Shown: positions 13,701 through 28,651 of the stretch, piece by piece
How the letters are laid out: every line of letters begins with the position of its first letter
Numbering within the stretch: position 1 is the first letter of the stretch
NCBI RefSeq assembly: GCF_009914755.1
Contig: NC_060925.1
Length of the DNA: 64,000 bases
From: the human T2T-CHM13v2.0 reference genome, Homo sapiens
Strand: one strand, 5' to 3'
Made by a program: the position numbers and the translations under genes
Notes under the pieces: generated by a model
The model's database searches: none
The model's input: only the letters and a program-made list of their open reading frames with translations
What the model was told of the DNA's origin: nothing

Positions 13701-15115
13701 ACAAAACCAATATAACTGAAGGGAGTCAGCAGACTAAAATGTATTCCCTAGTATATCTTAGCTTATTTTTAAAGCTCCAGAGAAAATTCCTGAACTAATT
13801 TTCCCCTACTCTCATGTTTTCTATAAACCTCTCTCTATTTTTATTATGAAAGCAGAAGTGGAAAAATAAGAGGAAGGGTGCCTTAACAATGACTCTGGAA
13901 AAGGAACTATTGATAGTGCCATCTGCCTAAAGCTTTAGTATTGCATCAGCAGAGCCTTTGATGGAATGTACCGATGATTTCTACTTCATGTGAATGAAGA
14001 CAGGAAATAAAGAGATGCCAGTGTTTTTCCAACATGATATTTGGATCTAATGATGCTATATCCTGCCACACTCAAAGCTCATCTAATCCTTCAAAATACT
14101 ATATAAAATACCAAGTCAGTGTTTGTGCTCTCTACTCAGACCTAGTAATGGAGGATGTCAAGACATGGAAAAAGCACTGCATTAGCAGTCAGAAACTTTG
14201 CTTCTAATTACAGCTCTGCTAAGTACTTCCTGATTGGCCTTGAGTGATCTGGTACTAAGGTTTGCCTTGGACAATGTGTGTCTTGAGGCCTGCTATGTAA
14301 CGGATAAAATGCATGTGCTTTAGCATCAGACAGACATGGTTTTAAGCAACTTCCTGCCACTCGGAAGATGTCTCACCTTGAGTACTTTTCTAAATTCCCT
14401 AACTTCAGCTTCTTCATGTTCTAAAGTTATAGAGATGAAAATGCATATGGAATTATCATGCAAATTACCAATAAAGAGAATCACTGGTCAGAATCCCTAT
14501 ATTTTGGAGAAGAAAAATTTTGAAAACCAGTCAGAATTCAATCAACTGCAGTTGGGAGAAAGACAGCGAGTAGCTTGAGAGAGATGAGAAACTATCAAAA
14601 AGAAGTTCCTGACATGGCAACAGTGTATCATCCAATGAGTAAGTAAAGAAGTGCATATAGGAGGAGAAATGTGGCACTGCAAATAGCTTTTCTGATGGGC
14701 TCAGAGCCAAAAGCATAGAAATAAAAGATGAGAGACAGGGCACATAATGAAGACAATTTTAAAGCAATGACATAAATCTCTCAGAATAGAGCCAGAAAGT
14801 CTGTAGCCCAGAATGAACTAAAGTGTGGTGGTGGTGAGAGGAGGGAGTCTGAAGTGAATAAAAAGACTGCTTTCTTTGTTTCATTGTTTCTGCTTGTCTG
14901 TTTAGAGAAGATTAACAAGAAAAAATAAGAGCCTGATTTCTTGGGAATAATAATGTCATGTTAATATTTATGTCAGAGAAACCTGAGTTTTTCAAGACCC
15001 CCTTTGCTTTTCTCCCATTTCTATTGGTAATATTTACTGGGTACCTCTATTATGATGAGAAGATATAATCTCTTCTGTCAAGAGGTTGGTAGTCCAGTAA
15101 GAAGATAGACATGCA

Positions 15116-15418
<303 letters not shown>

Positions 15419-16029
15419 GATAGACATGCAAATAATGATAAAATATATAAGAAATATACTGAAATAATTATAGTAACAGAGGTGAATACAAAACCCAGGG
15501 GGAATAGAACTTTAAAAATATCCACATCTGCCTGGGGATCTATAGGAAGATTCACAGAAAGACTGAAACATCTGAGTCAATGAAATGCTGTGCAGACTAG
15601 AAAGGGCAATTCAGATAAGAGATATGAATATACTGGACTTCCTGTGATTTTTGAATGGGTTTAGCTCTATTTATCTTGGTAAATTATTTTATAATTCATG
15701 GCAAATTTTGGAGACAGTATAGAATTAGAAAAATTCCAGAAAACTAAAAATTGATAAATGTTATTTATATTTTCAACTTTACAGTGTAGAATACAATGAA
15801 AGAAAATGTTGTGGATTGGTTGAGAGAATACGCCCTGGACTTAGACTGCTGAGAAAAACTTCTGGCTTTATTCCTTACTGGTTTTGTGATTTTAATCAAG
15901 TTATTGAACATCCCTGTTCTTCAGCTTCTTCATCTATAAAATGGGATAATAAAAGGATATATTTCAAGAAGTCATGAGGATTACTTAGGAGAGTACGTGG
16001 CACACAGTAAGCTGTCAATAAATATGAGC

Positions 16030-16340
16030 TGTTTCACAACTCTAAACACTAGAGGCCAAAGTGTTTGGTCTCAGTAACAAAAATAATCCAAAATAGAACG
16101 TTTAAAAGATTCTTAACACAGAAAAGGAAGTGGTGATATTTTAGGATCAGAGTGGGTTCACTAATAACATGTTCTTTTAGGACCCCACACACTTCCTGTT
16201 TGGGCATCTGTGTTTGCTGACACACGAAAGAGATTTCATAGACCTAGCACATACGGATTTTATCAAACAATTTTGCCATCCTTATAAAAAAGATGGAGAA
16301 ATGTGTACATAGAAGGCTGTGATAATATACACAGATAAGG
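16030..16340 (+). mobile_element. CR1/L3 RT remnant
   Basis: gcacatacggattttatcaaacaattt translates AHTDFIKQF, like the CR1 motif YLDFSKAF. Confidence 0.4.
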
Positions 16341-17906
16341 AACTAAGCTAGTCACCAGAGAAACAAAATAAAAGTATGTTCCTATTCTCAAGAAGATTAG
16401 AGTACATTAGAAAAACAGATATTTACACAAATACTTAGTATAATAACAATATATATCCAGTACCGTAGTGGTACAAAGGAGAGCCGTCAATTCTGCTTTA
16501 GTGATTGTGGAAGGCAAAAAGGTACCAAGGAGGAAGATATGAACTAGTTTTGAAGGCTGGTTTCTTGTCCTCATTGAATGATTTTTAAAAAAACATCTTG
16601 TTATGTTATTAAAAGCATCAAAACTTCAAAATGCATTTGATTATTTTAGTGAAAATAATTTTATCCATTTGTCGATTTTAAAAAGCTACAATATTGAAGC
16701 AATTGTTTTAGTTATGATTCAGACCATTATTCTCAGAACCATACCTGTTGCTCGAGATCCATGTTTTCTTACTCCTGCTCCTCTGGCAGAGCTCTCCTCC
16801 TCTCCATTGCTTCTGCTCTGTAGACCATGATCCTCCTAGCCTATCTCCATAGCTTCTTAGGTGGTCTTGCTCTGTCTCTCCCACTCATCTTTCATCACAC
16901 CACCAGAGTTACTTTCTTTGAAACAGGTCCGATCAAGCCATAAACTTCTAAAATAACTTAAAAGTTCCTGAATAGGAAAGCAGAGATTCCTTGGGCTAGC
17001 CTTCTAGCAGCTTGGGATTTGGCCTCCTGTTGCCCAGTGTTGGTTCCCATTTCATATCTCCACATGTCATCTTCACCAGGCCATGGGACTACATACACTC
17101 TCTGCCACCCTTCTGTGTTCTTGCTCATATTGCATCCTCACCTGCTACTCTTTTATCACACAAAGACTAAAATGCCTCCTCTTTCTCCCATTTAGCTAGA
17201 GTTTGTTATATTTCTTTACTATAGTCCTCTGCTTATCATCGCACTTGCTTCTTTCTTTACAGTATTGGATGAGCTAGTGGGAAAAGAACTGGGCAAGGAT
17301 TTGAGCAATCCAGATTCCAATTCCTGCATTCCCTTAACCTCACTGTGTCTCAGCTTCCCCATTTGTAAATGAGAGATTAGGGATTAATTTTCTTTATTTA
17401 AAATATTTTTAACTCCATAGTTCTGATTTGAATCAGTCTGTCTATCCTAGCAGATGTAGCTTCTTGAGGAAGTCACAATATCTTAGAAATCTTCACATCA
17501 TCTTTGGTGCCTACCTGTGCTTTGTACATAGAAAAACCTTAATAAATATATGTGCAGTGAAAAAAATTCATGAATGAATGAATAATTCCATATTTTCTTT
17601 ATATAAAATACATCCAAATGTTTCATCATTATTTTTGTAGTTTAAGTAAAATATAACCTCCAATTCTGTATTTCTAGAGACAATATAATAAAAGGCAACT
17701 ATTAATAGAACAAGTCATAGAGATTCAAGCTTTTCAACATTTATCTTTTCAAGCACCATGCAAACATACAAGATGCAAATTCATAGAGCGTGAAGAAACT
17801 AATTATATACTTGGTTGCTAGAAGGAACTCATTGAAGCTAAAAAAGAAACAAATTTAAGATAAACAGAGAAAAAGCTACCTAAAATAGCTAGTTGTAAAC
17901 TGATAA

Positions 17907-18240
<334 letters not shown>

Positions 18241-18999
18241 CTATTGAGCTCTTTCTATGTGCCAAACACTGAACTAAGTTTTTTCTGTGTATTATTTTAC
18301 TTTAATCCTTAAACTACTCTGTACAGTAGAATTAATTATCCTCCCTTGACACATAAGAACACCTATCCCCAGAGAAGGCACACAAATTGCTCAAGCTCAC
18401 ACAAAATATAAATAGCAGAGTCAAGATTTAAACAAGCCTGTCTACATCTAAGCCCATTCTCCTAACGACAGCACACAATTGCCTCCCCAGAGGTGATATA
18501 GCCTAGAAAATAACAGATTGTTTTAAATGTCTTAAAAAGACAAGTTATAGAATTAAAAATAGTTAAGTAGCTCATTTTATTGAAAGAAAAATGACCCATT
18601 TATACTAAATCAAGGAAAAAGGGTGGTTTGTTAAAAGGATTTACAAGGCCTGAAACAGGAACTGAAATTATGTCAGAAACTAAAGCAGCCCCGAGCGTTG
18701 ACTGTTTTAAACTTTTTCTTTCGAAAAGCTACGTGGTCTCTTCCTCTCTCTCTCTCCTATTCATATGACAGCCCTTGCTTTCCCCTCACATCAGCTTTAT
18801 TTTTCCAGCCTATCAACAATTCCATGGCATCATTTCACTTCTTCTTCACTGGAAAATGGTACGTTTTTTTCCTAAGTTCTAGATCAAATTACCAAGAAAA
18901 GTAATTAGATTTGTCCAGCTCATTTTGTTGCACAAGGACATGGATCACACTGTGTGTCTCCAGCACTCTGCTGGGAAGAGGATGCCCTGACCAAACATT

Positions 19000-19790
19000 A
19001 ATACCTGGCTTTCCAGGCATATGCCTTTTTTCTCCCTTACCCCTGAGGTTACCTGCTCTCTACCACTCCACAATTCTTTTTTTTTTTCCTACAACCAAGT
19101 TTCTACAAAGAGTAGTGTAATTTTTTTGTCTCATCTTCCATTTCTCCTTATCTGGTAATTATACTTCCCATTTGTTCTTTAATCATTGATATCTGGATTA
19201 TGCCCCCAGATGTCACAGAAAATGATCTTGTTTATGTTGTCAAAAATTATCTACCAGCAAAATCCAATTAGCAATGTTCAATCCTCTTAGTATTTGACTT
19301 CTTGGAGCCTCTAACATTGTTGACCACTCCTTTATTCTTAATCTCTCACTGTCTGTTTCTGTGGACCTATTATTTTCTTCCAGTTAATGTCATTTGTCCC
19401 TGGTTGCTCCTTTACAGGATTTCCTTCCTTTGCCTGTCTTCAAATGTTGGTGATCCCCACGTCTCAGTCATTTGCCCCATTTTCACTTTACCCACTCTCT
19501 ATAGCGATTTTATCCTTGTCAGTGACTTCACCCAGAAGGCTGTTGACTTTTAAATATTCATCCCATCTCATGCAACTCCTCCTGAGTTCCAGCTGCATAC
19601 TGGTAAAGCCCACTTGGATATTCTGCAAACATCTGAAACTATACCTTTATAAACCTAAACACATTATCTCATCCACACTAAATTTTCTCCAATTCCTCCT
19701 TGCATATTCCCCACCATAAAAACATCACCATCTTCCTCAATATGTCTAAGAAGGTTCTTCCTCTTCTTTATCCCTCACTTTCAATCAATC
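19000..19790 (+). mobile_element. L2 remnant
   Basis: Pyrimidine-rich sequence with a degenerate L2 RT motif near 19295 (tttgacttc...ttgttgaccactcc). Confidence 0.55.
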
Positions 19791-20000
19791 ACTATACTGG
19801 TTAAGATTCTGATTACAATTAATAGAAACCAACTTAAGCTAAATGAGTGGAAAAAACGATCTGTCATAAAGGTACAATAATTCTTGCATAATCCAAGGAC
19901 AAAAATGTACATGGGCCTTATGCATCAGAAACAGTTCAATGGAGTTTCTTCCTGTATGTATTAGTCAAGATTATCCAGAGAAACAGAATCAGTAGGAGAT

Positions 20001-20044
<44 letters not shown>

Positions 20045-20061
20045 CAGATGATAGATAGATA
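20001..20061 (+). repeat. (GATA)n tetranucleotide microsatellite in the MLT2 LTR
   Basis: About 11 perfect TAGA units followed by degenerate units. Confidence 0.95.
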
Positions 20062-21153
20062 GGGTAGAAATTGGCTTACAAAATTATGAAGGCTAAGAAG
20101 TTCTAATATGGAGGACCAGAAAAGCCAGTGGTATAATTCAGTCCAAGTCCAAAGACCTAAGAACCAGGGAGCTGATAGTATAACTCTTAGTCCAAGGCAA
20201 AGGGTCTAAGAACTGGGGTAAGGATAGTGGGTGCTGGTGTAAGTCCTGGAATCCAAAGGCAAGAACCAGGAGCTCTGATGTCTGAGGGCAAGAGAAGATG
20301 GATGTCCTAACTCAAGAAGAGAGAGAGCAAATTCATCCTTCCTCCTCCTTTTTGTTCTATTCAGGCCTTCAGGTGATTGCATGATGCCCACCTTCATTGG
20401 TAAGGGCAGATCTTTATCCAGTCTACTCATTCAAGTACTAATCTCTTCCAGAAACACCTTCAAAGACACACCCAGAAATGTTTTACCAGCTACCTGGGCA
20501 TCCCTTTGTCCAGTCAAGTTGACACAAAATTAGCCATAACAAATTCATCCCTTGTCAACTTGGCATCCATAGGCATACCCTTACACCATATTTAATTTCT
20601 AAATAAAGACAATAATAAGGTCATAATTCCACCTAATACAATACAGCTATCCTATGTGCAACCAAAAATGCACTAATCCCTTCCCCAGAAGAGGAGGTCA
20701 AATCCTTAAGTAATGTTTACTCTTCTCCTGATAGCCCATAACTTAAATAGTATGATGTACAATTAACAATATTTAAATACTATGATCTAAAGTCAATACC
20801 TCTTATGTTACATAATAAAAAAATAAAAGAGGAAAGAAAACAGATATTTGTTTTCATACACACACAAGTGCACACACATACACAAACACACAGAGGTATT
20901 TATAACAAAATGAAGAGAAACTACTCATGACAATCACAGGAATTGCAGTCCTCAGTTCTATAACTAGTCACATGGTCATAGCTGGCATTTCTAACTACCC
21001 TTTTCCATTACCTATTCTATATTCCTTTTGCCTTCAGCAAGAACTTCAGCTGGTCATGGTTCTTTACCTGAAGGAGCGACCTAAATGTTTATTGCTAAAG
21101 GGTCTGGGCCATTCTGTAGTCTTGCCTCCATTGAGTTGTAGTTTTTACCTTAA

Positions 21154-21556
<403 letters not shown>

Positions 21557-23327
21557 TCTTACATCTATTGTGAAGTAGTAATTCATTTTTTTCTTCATAA
21601 TCCAGATCAATCGCCTCACCCAACACTGTAACACTTCCTGGCCTATTGACTCAGAGCATGAGGAAACCAAAGTGACCAGGGGTGAGTCTTAAGTTCTTGT
21701 TTAATGGAATCATAATTGTGTCTCCTTGTGGGAGCATTTTTGCCTCTGGAACTAAGACTTTTAGGCTTTAATTTTGCTAGGGGACCACTAAGGGTAATGG
21801 TGAGTGATACCATTTCCATTTCCACCCTTTGATTCTTGGGCCCATGAAACCTGATTCAGAGCATATGCAGCTTTCTGGAGAACCTTGCTCCAGCCCTGCA
21901 AGATATTGCCGTCTAGTTGGCACTGTAACTGAGTCTTCAAACAGCCTTTCAAGATGGTGGGGAACATGGTAAGACCAGTGAATTCTATGAACATGGACCC
22001 ATTGCCACATTTTATTGTCTGTGAAGTGAGTTTTTTTTTTATCAGAAACCATGCTGTGTGGATACCATGACAGTGGGCAAGGCATTCTGTTAATCCATGA
22101 ACAGTGTTTTTGGCAGAAGTTGCATGCAGGGAAGGCAAATACATATCCAGAGTATGTGTCTCTTCCAGTAAGGAAAAAATGCTGTCCCCTCCATTAAGAA
22201 GCAGTCCAATGTAATCGACCTGCTACCAGGTAACTAGCTGATCAACTGAGGGGAACAGTGCTGTATCAGGGGCTTAGTGTTGGTCTCTGCTGCTGGCATG
22301 TCAGCCATTCAGTTGTGGCTGTAGCCAAATCAGCCTTAGTAACTGGAAGTCCATGTTGCTGAGTCCATGCATAACCTTCATCCCTGCCACCACAGCCACT
22401 TTGTTTCTAGCCCATTGGGTGATCACAAGGGTGGCTGAAGAAAGAGTTTGACTGGTATTTACAGAAAAGGTCATCCTATCCACTTGATTATTAAATTCCT
22501 CCTCTGTGGAGGTCACCCTTTGATGAGCATTCACAAGGGACAGAAATGATTCGTTGCCCATTTAGAGAGGTCTATCCACATACCCCTCCCCCCAGTTTCT
22601 TTGTCACCAATTTTCCAACCACATTTCTTTCAAGTCCCTGACTATCCAGCCAAACCATGGGCTACTTTCCATGAACAGGTATATAATCTCACATCTGGCC
22701 ATTTCTACACCCAAGCAAAGTGAATAACCAGGTGGCAGAATTTTTCTTCACCACTGTCCTCCAGGGCAATGTCCTAGAGAGAGGCATGCAGCTGTCCGCT
22801 TTCAGGCAGTGCCTGCATATCATGTAGAACCATTTGTAAACCAGGACCTAGTCTTTGCTTTCCCAGTCAACTAAAACATCCTCACAGACACACACAGAGT
22901 TAATGTTTTACCAGGCCACCTGGGAGTCCCTTAGTCCAGTCAAGCTGATACATCAAGTTAACTGTCACACCATATTTTATTTCTGCTCTTCTCTGCATAT
23001 CACTTTTATCTTTATGTCCTACCCATACTGGCTTTAACTGCATCTCACTCCATTTACAGGGAGCAGATGAACTTTCCCATAGCTCCCAAATGTTTATCTT
23101 CTCCAGCCAAGAGACCATCTCAGAATAGTTAATCCTGGAAAAATCACCTCTAAGAGTAGGCTCACATGGCAAAAATGAGACTGCTGAGTCCCAGCTTTAT
23201 AGATAAGCAAGTCCAATAAGGAAATCATTACAAGCTTAGGAGAAATCCCAATAGTTTCTATTGTTTCTATCATAATCATTAAATTCTGATAATTCTATGT
23301 CATACATTCTTTTTTTTTCTTTCCAAC

Positions 23328-23719
23328 TGTATTATGCTGTTTTTACATTGCTATAAAGAAATATCTGAGACTGGATAATTTATAAAGGAAAGAGGTTTAA
23401 TTGTCTCACAGTTCTGCTGGCTGTACAGGAAGCATAATGCTGGCATCTGCTTGGCTTCTAGGAAGGCCTCAGGAAACTTACAATCATGGTGAAGGAGAAG
23501 CAGGCACATCACATGGCTGGAGCAACAAGCAAGAAGCAGGGGAAGTGCCGCACACTGTTAAACAAGCAGACCTCTCAAGAACTCATTCACTATCACAAAA
23601 ACAGCACCAAGAGGATGGTGCTAAATGATTCATGAGAAATCCCCCTCCGTGATCCAGTCACCTCCCACCAGGCCTCACCTCCATGAGATTTGGTGCAAAC
23701 ACAGATCGAAACCATATCA
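23328..23719 (-). mobile_element. MSTA/THE1-type solo LTR in the L1 3' end
   Basis: tgtattatgctg...gaaagaggtttaattg...accatatca, the reverse of the TGATATGG start. Flanks ccaac / acaac. Confidence 0.88.
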
Positions 23720-25586
23720 ACAACTTTTAATTTAGGTTCATGGAGTACATGTGTAGGTTTGTTACATGGGTAAATTGCCTGTCACAGGGGTTTGGTGTAC
23801 AGATAATTTTGTCATCCAGGCAGTCAACATAATACCCAGTAGATAGTTTTTCAATCCTCACCTTCCTCTTGCCCTACACCCTCAAGTAGGCCCCAGTGTG
23901 TATTATTCCCTTCTTTGTGTCTGTTGTACTCAATGTTTAATTTCACTTGTAAGTGAGAGCATGTAGTGCTTGATTTTCTGTTCCTGTATTAGTTAGCTAA
24001 GGATAATGTCCTCCAGCTGCATCCATGTTGCTGCAAAGAATATGATCTTGTTCTTTTTTATGGTTGTATAGTAGTCTATGGACGTGTGGCTGAACTAATT
24101 TATCTTTTCACCAACAGTGTATAAGTGTTCCGTTTTCTCCACAACCTTGCCACCACCTTTTCTTTTTTTTTTTTTTTTTTTTGACTTTTTAATAGTACCC
24201 ATTCTGACTAGAGTGAGATGATATCTCATTGTGGTTTTGACTTGCATTTCCCTAATGATTAGTGATATTGAGCAATTTTTCATATACTTGTTGGCTGTGT
24301 GTATGTATTCTTTTGAGAAGTGTCTGTTTATATCCTTTGCCCATTTTTAAATGGGGTTGTTTGATTTGTTTAAGTTCCTCATAGATTCTGGATATTAGGC
24401 CTTTGTTAGATGCGTCGTTTGCAAATATTTTCTCCTATTCTGTAGATTATCTGTTTACACCGTTGATTATTTCTTTCCCTATGCAGAAACTCTTTCAATT
24501 AGGTCCAAATTGTCAAATTTGTTTTTTTGCAATTGCTTTTGGAGTCTTCCTCAGGAAGTCTTTGCCAGGGCCAATGTCCAGAATGGTGTATCCTAGGTTT
24601 TCTTCTAGAATTTTTTTAGTTTTAGGTTGTACATTTAAGTCTTCAATTCATTTTTAGTTGATTTTTGTATATGGTGAAAGGTACAGATCCAGTTCTATTC
24701 TTCTGCATATGGCTGGCCAGTTAGCCTAGCACCATTTATTGAATAGGGAGTCACTTCCGCATTGCTTTTCTTTGTTGGTTTTGTCAAAAATCAGATGGTT
24801 GTGGGGGTACAACTTTATTTCTGGGTTAACTAATGCATTCCATTGGTCTATATCTCTGTTTTTGTATCAATATCATGTTGTTTTAGTTACTGTAGCCATG
24901 TAGCATAGTTTGAAGTTGAGTAATGTGATATCTCCAGCTTTGTTCTTTTGGCATAGGGTTGTCTTGGCTATTTGAGCTCTTTTTTTGGTTTTAAATAAAT
25001 GTTAGAATAATTTTTTCCTAATTCTATGAAAAATGTCATTGGTAATTTGATAGGAATAGCATTCAATCTATGACATGCTTTGGAAGTATGGCCATTTTAA
25101 CAATATTGATTCTTCCTATCCGTGATCATGGAATGTGTTTCCATTTGTTTGTGTTTTTCCAATTTCTTTCAGCAGTATTTTGTAATTCTCATTACAGAGA
25201 TCTTTCACCTCCCTGGTTAGTTTTATTCCTAGGTATTTTATTCTTTTTGTGGCTATTATGAATGAGATTGCATTCTTGATTTGGCTCTCAGCTTGAACAT
25301 TGTTGATGTTTAGAAATGCTACTGATTTTTATACATTGATTTTGTATCCTGAAACTTTGCTGAAGTCGTTTATCAGATCTAGAAGTTTTTAGGCAGAGAC
25401 TATGGGGCTTTTTAGATATGGAATCATGTTATATGTAAACAGAGATAGTTTGATTTATTTCTTCCAATTTGGATACATTTTATGTCTTTCTCTTGCCCAA
25501 TTACTCGGGCTAGGATTTCCAGTACTAAGTTGAATAGGAGTGGTGAGAGTGAGCCTCCTTGTCTTGTTCCGTTTCCCAAGGGGAAT

Positions 25587-25965
25587 TGATATGGTTTGGC
25601 TCTGTGTTCTCACCTAAGTCCCATCATGAATTGTAATCCCCATAATCTCTATGTGTCAAGGGCAGGACCAGGTGGAGGTAATTGGATCATGGGGGCAGTT
25701 TCCCCCATGCTGTTCTCATGATAGTGAATGAGTTCTCATAAGGTCTGATGGTTTTATAAGCATCTGGCATTTCCCCTGCTTGCCCTCACTCCATCCTGCT
25801 GCCCTATAAAGAAAGTGCCTGCTTCTCCTTTGTCTTCTGCTATGATTGTAAGTTCCCTGAGGCCTCCCAAGCCATGTAGAATTGTGAGTCAATTAAACCT
25901 CTTTCCTTTATAAATTACCCAGTCTTGGATATTTCTTCATAGCAGTGTGAGAAAGGACTAACACA
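25587..25965 (+). mobile_element. THE1 solo LTR inserted in L1 ORF2
   Basis: TGATATGGTTTGGCTCTGTG...GGACTAACACA with a perfect 5-bp TSD, GGAAT (25582-25586 and 25966-25970). Confidence 0.93.
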
Positions 25966-26894
25966 GGAATGCTTTCAGCTTTTGCCAATTCAGTATGATG
26001 TTGGCTGTGGGTTTATCATAGATGGCTCTTATTATTTTGAGGTATGAACTTTTGATGCCTAGTTTGTTGAGTATTTTAAACATGGGATATTGAATTTTGT
26101 TGAAAGTCTTTCCTGTTTCTATTGAGATGATCATGTGGTTTTTGTTTTTAATTCTGTTTATAAGGTAAATCACATTTGTTGATTTGCATATGTTGAACCA
26201 ATCTTGCATCCCAGGAATAAAGCCTGCTTGATCATGATGCATGAGCTTTTTGATGTGCTGCAGGATTCAGTTTGCTAGTCAAGAATTTTTGCATCTGTGT
26301 TTTTCAGGGATATTGGCCTGAAATTATGTTGTTGTTGTTGTGCTCTGCCAGGTTTTGATATTAGAATGATGCCAGCTTCATAGAATGTGTTAGGAAAAAG
26401 TCCCTCCTCAATTTTTTAGAATAATTTTAGTAGGATTGGTACCACCTCTTCTTTATATGTCTGGTAGAATTTGTCTATTTGTCTGTGAATCTGTCTGGTC
26501 CAGGGCTTTTTCTATTTGGTAGGTTTTTTGTTTGTTTGTTTGTTCCTAATTCCATTTTGGAGCTCATTATTTGTCTGTTCAGGGTCTCAATTTCTTCCTG
26601 GTTGAATCTTGAGAGGTTATGTGTTTCCAAGAATTTATCCATTTCTTCTAGGTTTTCCAGTTTGTATGCTTAGACATGTTCATAATGGTCTCTGAGGTTT
26701 TGGTGTCTCTGTGGGGTCAGTGGTAATGTTACCTTTGTAATTTCCTATTGTGTTTATTTTTATCTTTTCTCTTTTTTCCTTTATTCATTTAGCTAGTGGT
26801 CTATCAATCTGATTTATCTTTTCGAATAAGCAACTTTTGGTTTTGTTGATCTTTTGTATGGTTTTGTTTATCTTTTGTATGGTTTTGTTTTGTA

Positions 26895-26917
26895 AATATA
26901 TATATATACATATATTT

Positions 26918-26973
<56 letters not shown>
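26895..26973 (+). repeat. Compound (TA)n/(TG)n microsatellite
   Basis: Directly visible; about 21 AT units. Confidence 0.95.
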
Positions 26974-26977
<4 letters not shown>

Positions 26978-27009
26978 TACTGGTAACTCTAACCAAGACC
27001 CAGGATCCT

Positions 27010-27900
27010 GTTATTTTTTTCATTCACTTCAATATTTGTTGAATGTCTTCAATATTCCAGGTACTATTATAGGTGTTGGTCATAGAGTATTGAATAAGCA
27101 AAATGCTTTTATCTTTGGACTTAACTCCTCTTGGGGAGGAGAGAGACAATAACAGATAGATGTTAAGAAAATATTTTTTAACTTGGGAAAAGATAAAGTT
27201 CAAAAATGTAAATATATGTTCAAATATTTAATAAAAATAGAAACAATGGCAGACACCATTTATTTCATGTCTACCTTGTATCTGAAACTTTACATATATT
27301 AGTTGGTATTTTTAAAATATTTTAAATGTATTCCTTGATTTAATAAATACTTATCAAGTTCCCATTTATCTATCAGGCACTGGATAAATACCAGTAAAGA
27401 AAATAACCAAAGAAATCGAGTTTCAGAAAGGGCAAGTAAATGGTCCAAGATCCAAATAAATAGTAAATGACAAAGCTGAGACTTGCAAACAAGTTTGCCT
27501 AACTACCAACGTAAAATCAGAGTAACAAATTATGAAGCTGTTGAAATAATTTTGGTGGCATGGACAAGAGTTACAGGAGAAAAGAGGTCATATTCTCTTT
27601 ATGGGTAAAGACAAAATAATGTCCTAAGATTAGATAAGTGAAAGACAAAAGTCAAGAATGACTCCATGACTCAGAGGCTTTTGGCCTAAGCAATACAATT
27701 GAATTGAGGGGAGCTTTAAGAAAAGCTGGTATGGGAGAACATTGAGAGATCCATTTTGGACATGTTGAGTTTGAGGTGTCCATTATACCTCCATGTGAAA
27801 TTGTTGTGTAGATATTTGGATCTATAAGTCTGAAGTAAATGAGAGCAACTTGGGCTAGAGATATATATTGGGAGTTATCATACAGGTAAATAAGGTGATG
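27010..27900. mobile_element. L2 fragments with an intervening MIR-like segment
   Basis: cattcacttcaatatttgttgaatg (L2 tail) and ttttggacatgttgagtttgaggtgtc (L2 body). Confidence 0.55.
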
Positions 27901-28185
27901 TTGATTGTAGCAAGGCTCAGATGCCTTAGAATGCCAATGTTCAAGTGGCAATGTTACCATTAGGTTATGAAAATTAAAGGGCATGACCATTATTTAGACA
28001 TGCATAGAGGACAGAAAGCTACTTGCTCTTGTGATGAGAGATGGGTTATGGGAAATTTCATGGGCAGCACCAACTGTGAGATTTTGTTGCTTTTTTGTAT
28101 TGTTTTGTTTATTTGTTTAGAAGCATTTACTCTTTTTAAATGGTTGAAAAATGTTCAGATGAGATTCAATGTTGCATTCATAAAG

Positions 28186-28380
28186 CAGTGACTCTTAAGC
28201 TGTAGTGTAAATAAGAATTACCCATGGGTCAGAGCTGGTTAGAAATTTTATTCCTAGGCCTCGCTCCTAGAAATGTTTATTCAAGTGACTGTAAATGAGA
28301 CTGATGAATTACCTTTTTTTTTCCAAGCATCTTTGGTGAATCTAATACAACATCCACGAGCCTCACTTTGAAAAACTCTG
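28186..28380. mobile_element. MER5A-like hAT-Charlie MITE
   Basis: About 195 bp bounded by cagtgactcttaag and ctttgaaaaactctg, degenerate CAGTGGTTCTCAAA TIRs. Confidence 0.6.
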
Positions 28381-28651
28381 CCATTTGGTGCCCCACTGGA
28401 ACAAAGCTTCCAGAAGGAAGAACAGGCAGCAATCTTTGCTGTTCTGCAGCCTCTGCTGGTGATACCCAGGCAAACAGGGTCTGGAGTGGACCTTCAGCAA
28501 ACTTTAGCAGACCTGCAGAAGAAGGTCCTGTTAGAAGGAAAACTAACAAAGGGAAAGGAATAGCATCAACATCAACAAAAATGACATCCACACAAAAATC
28601 CTATCCGAAGGTCACCAACATCAGAGACCAAAGGTAGATAAATCCACGAAG

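Larger units (their letters stand above)
23308..26890 (-). mobile_element. 5'-truncated LINE-1 (L1PA13-16/L1PB-like), 3' UTR and ORF2
   Basis: T tail at 23308. ORF 25958-26242 reads [21 protein letters not shown]...; ORF 24095-24283 reads [16 protein letters not shown]. Confidence 0.92.
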
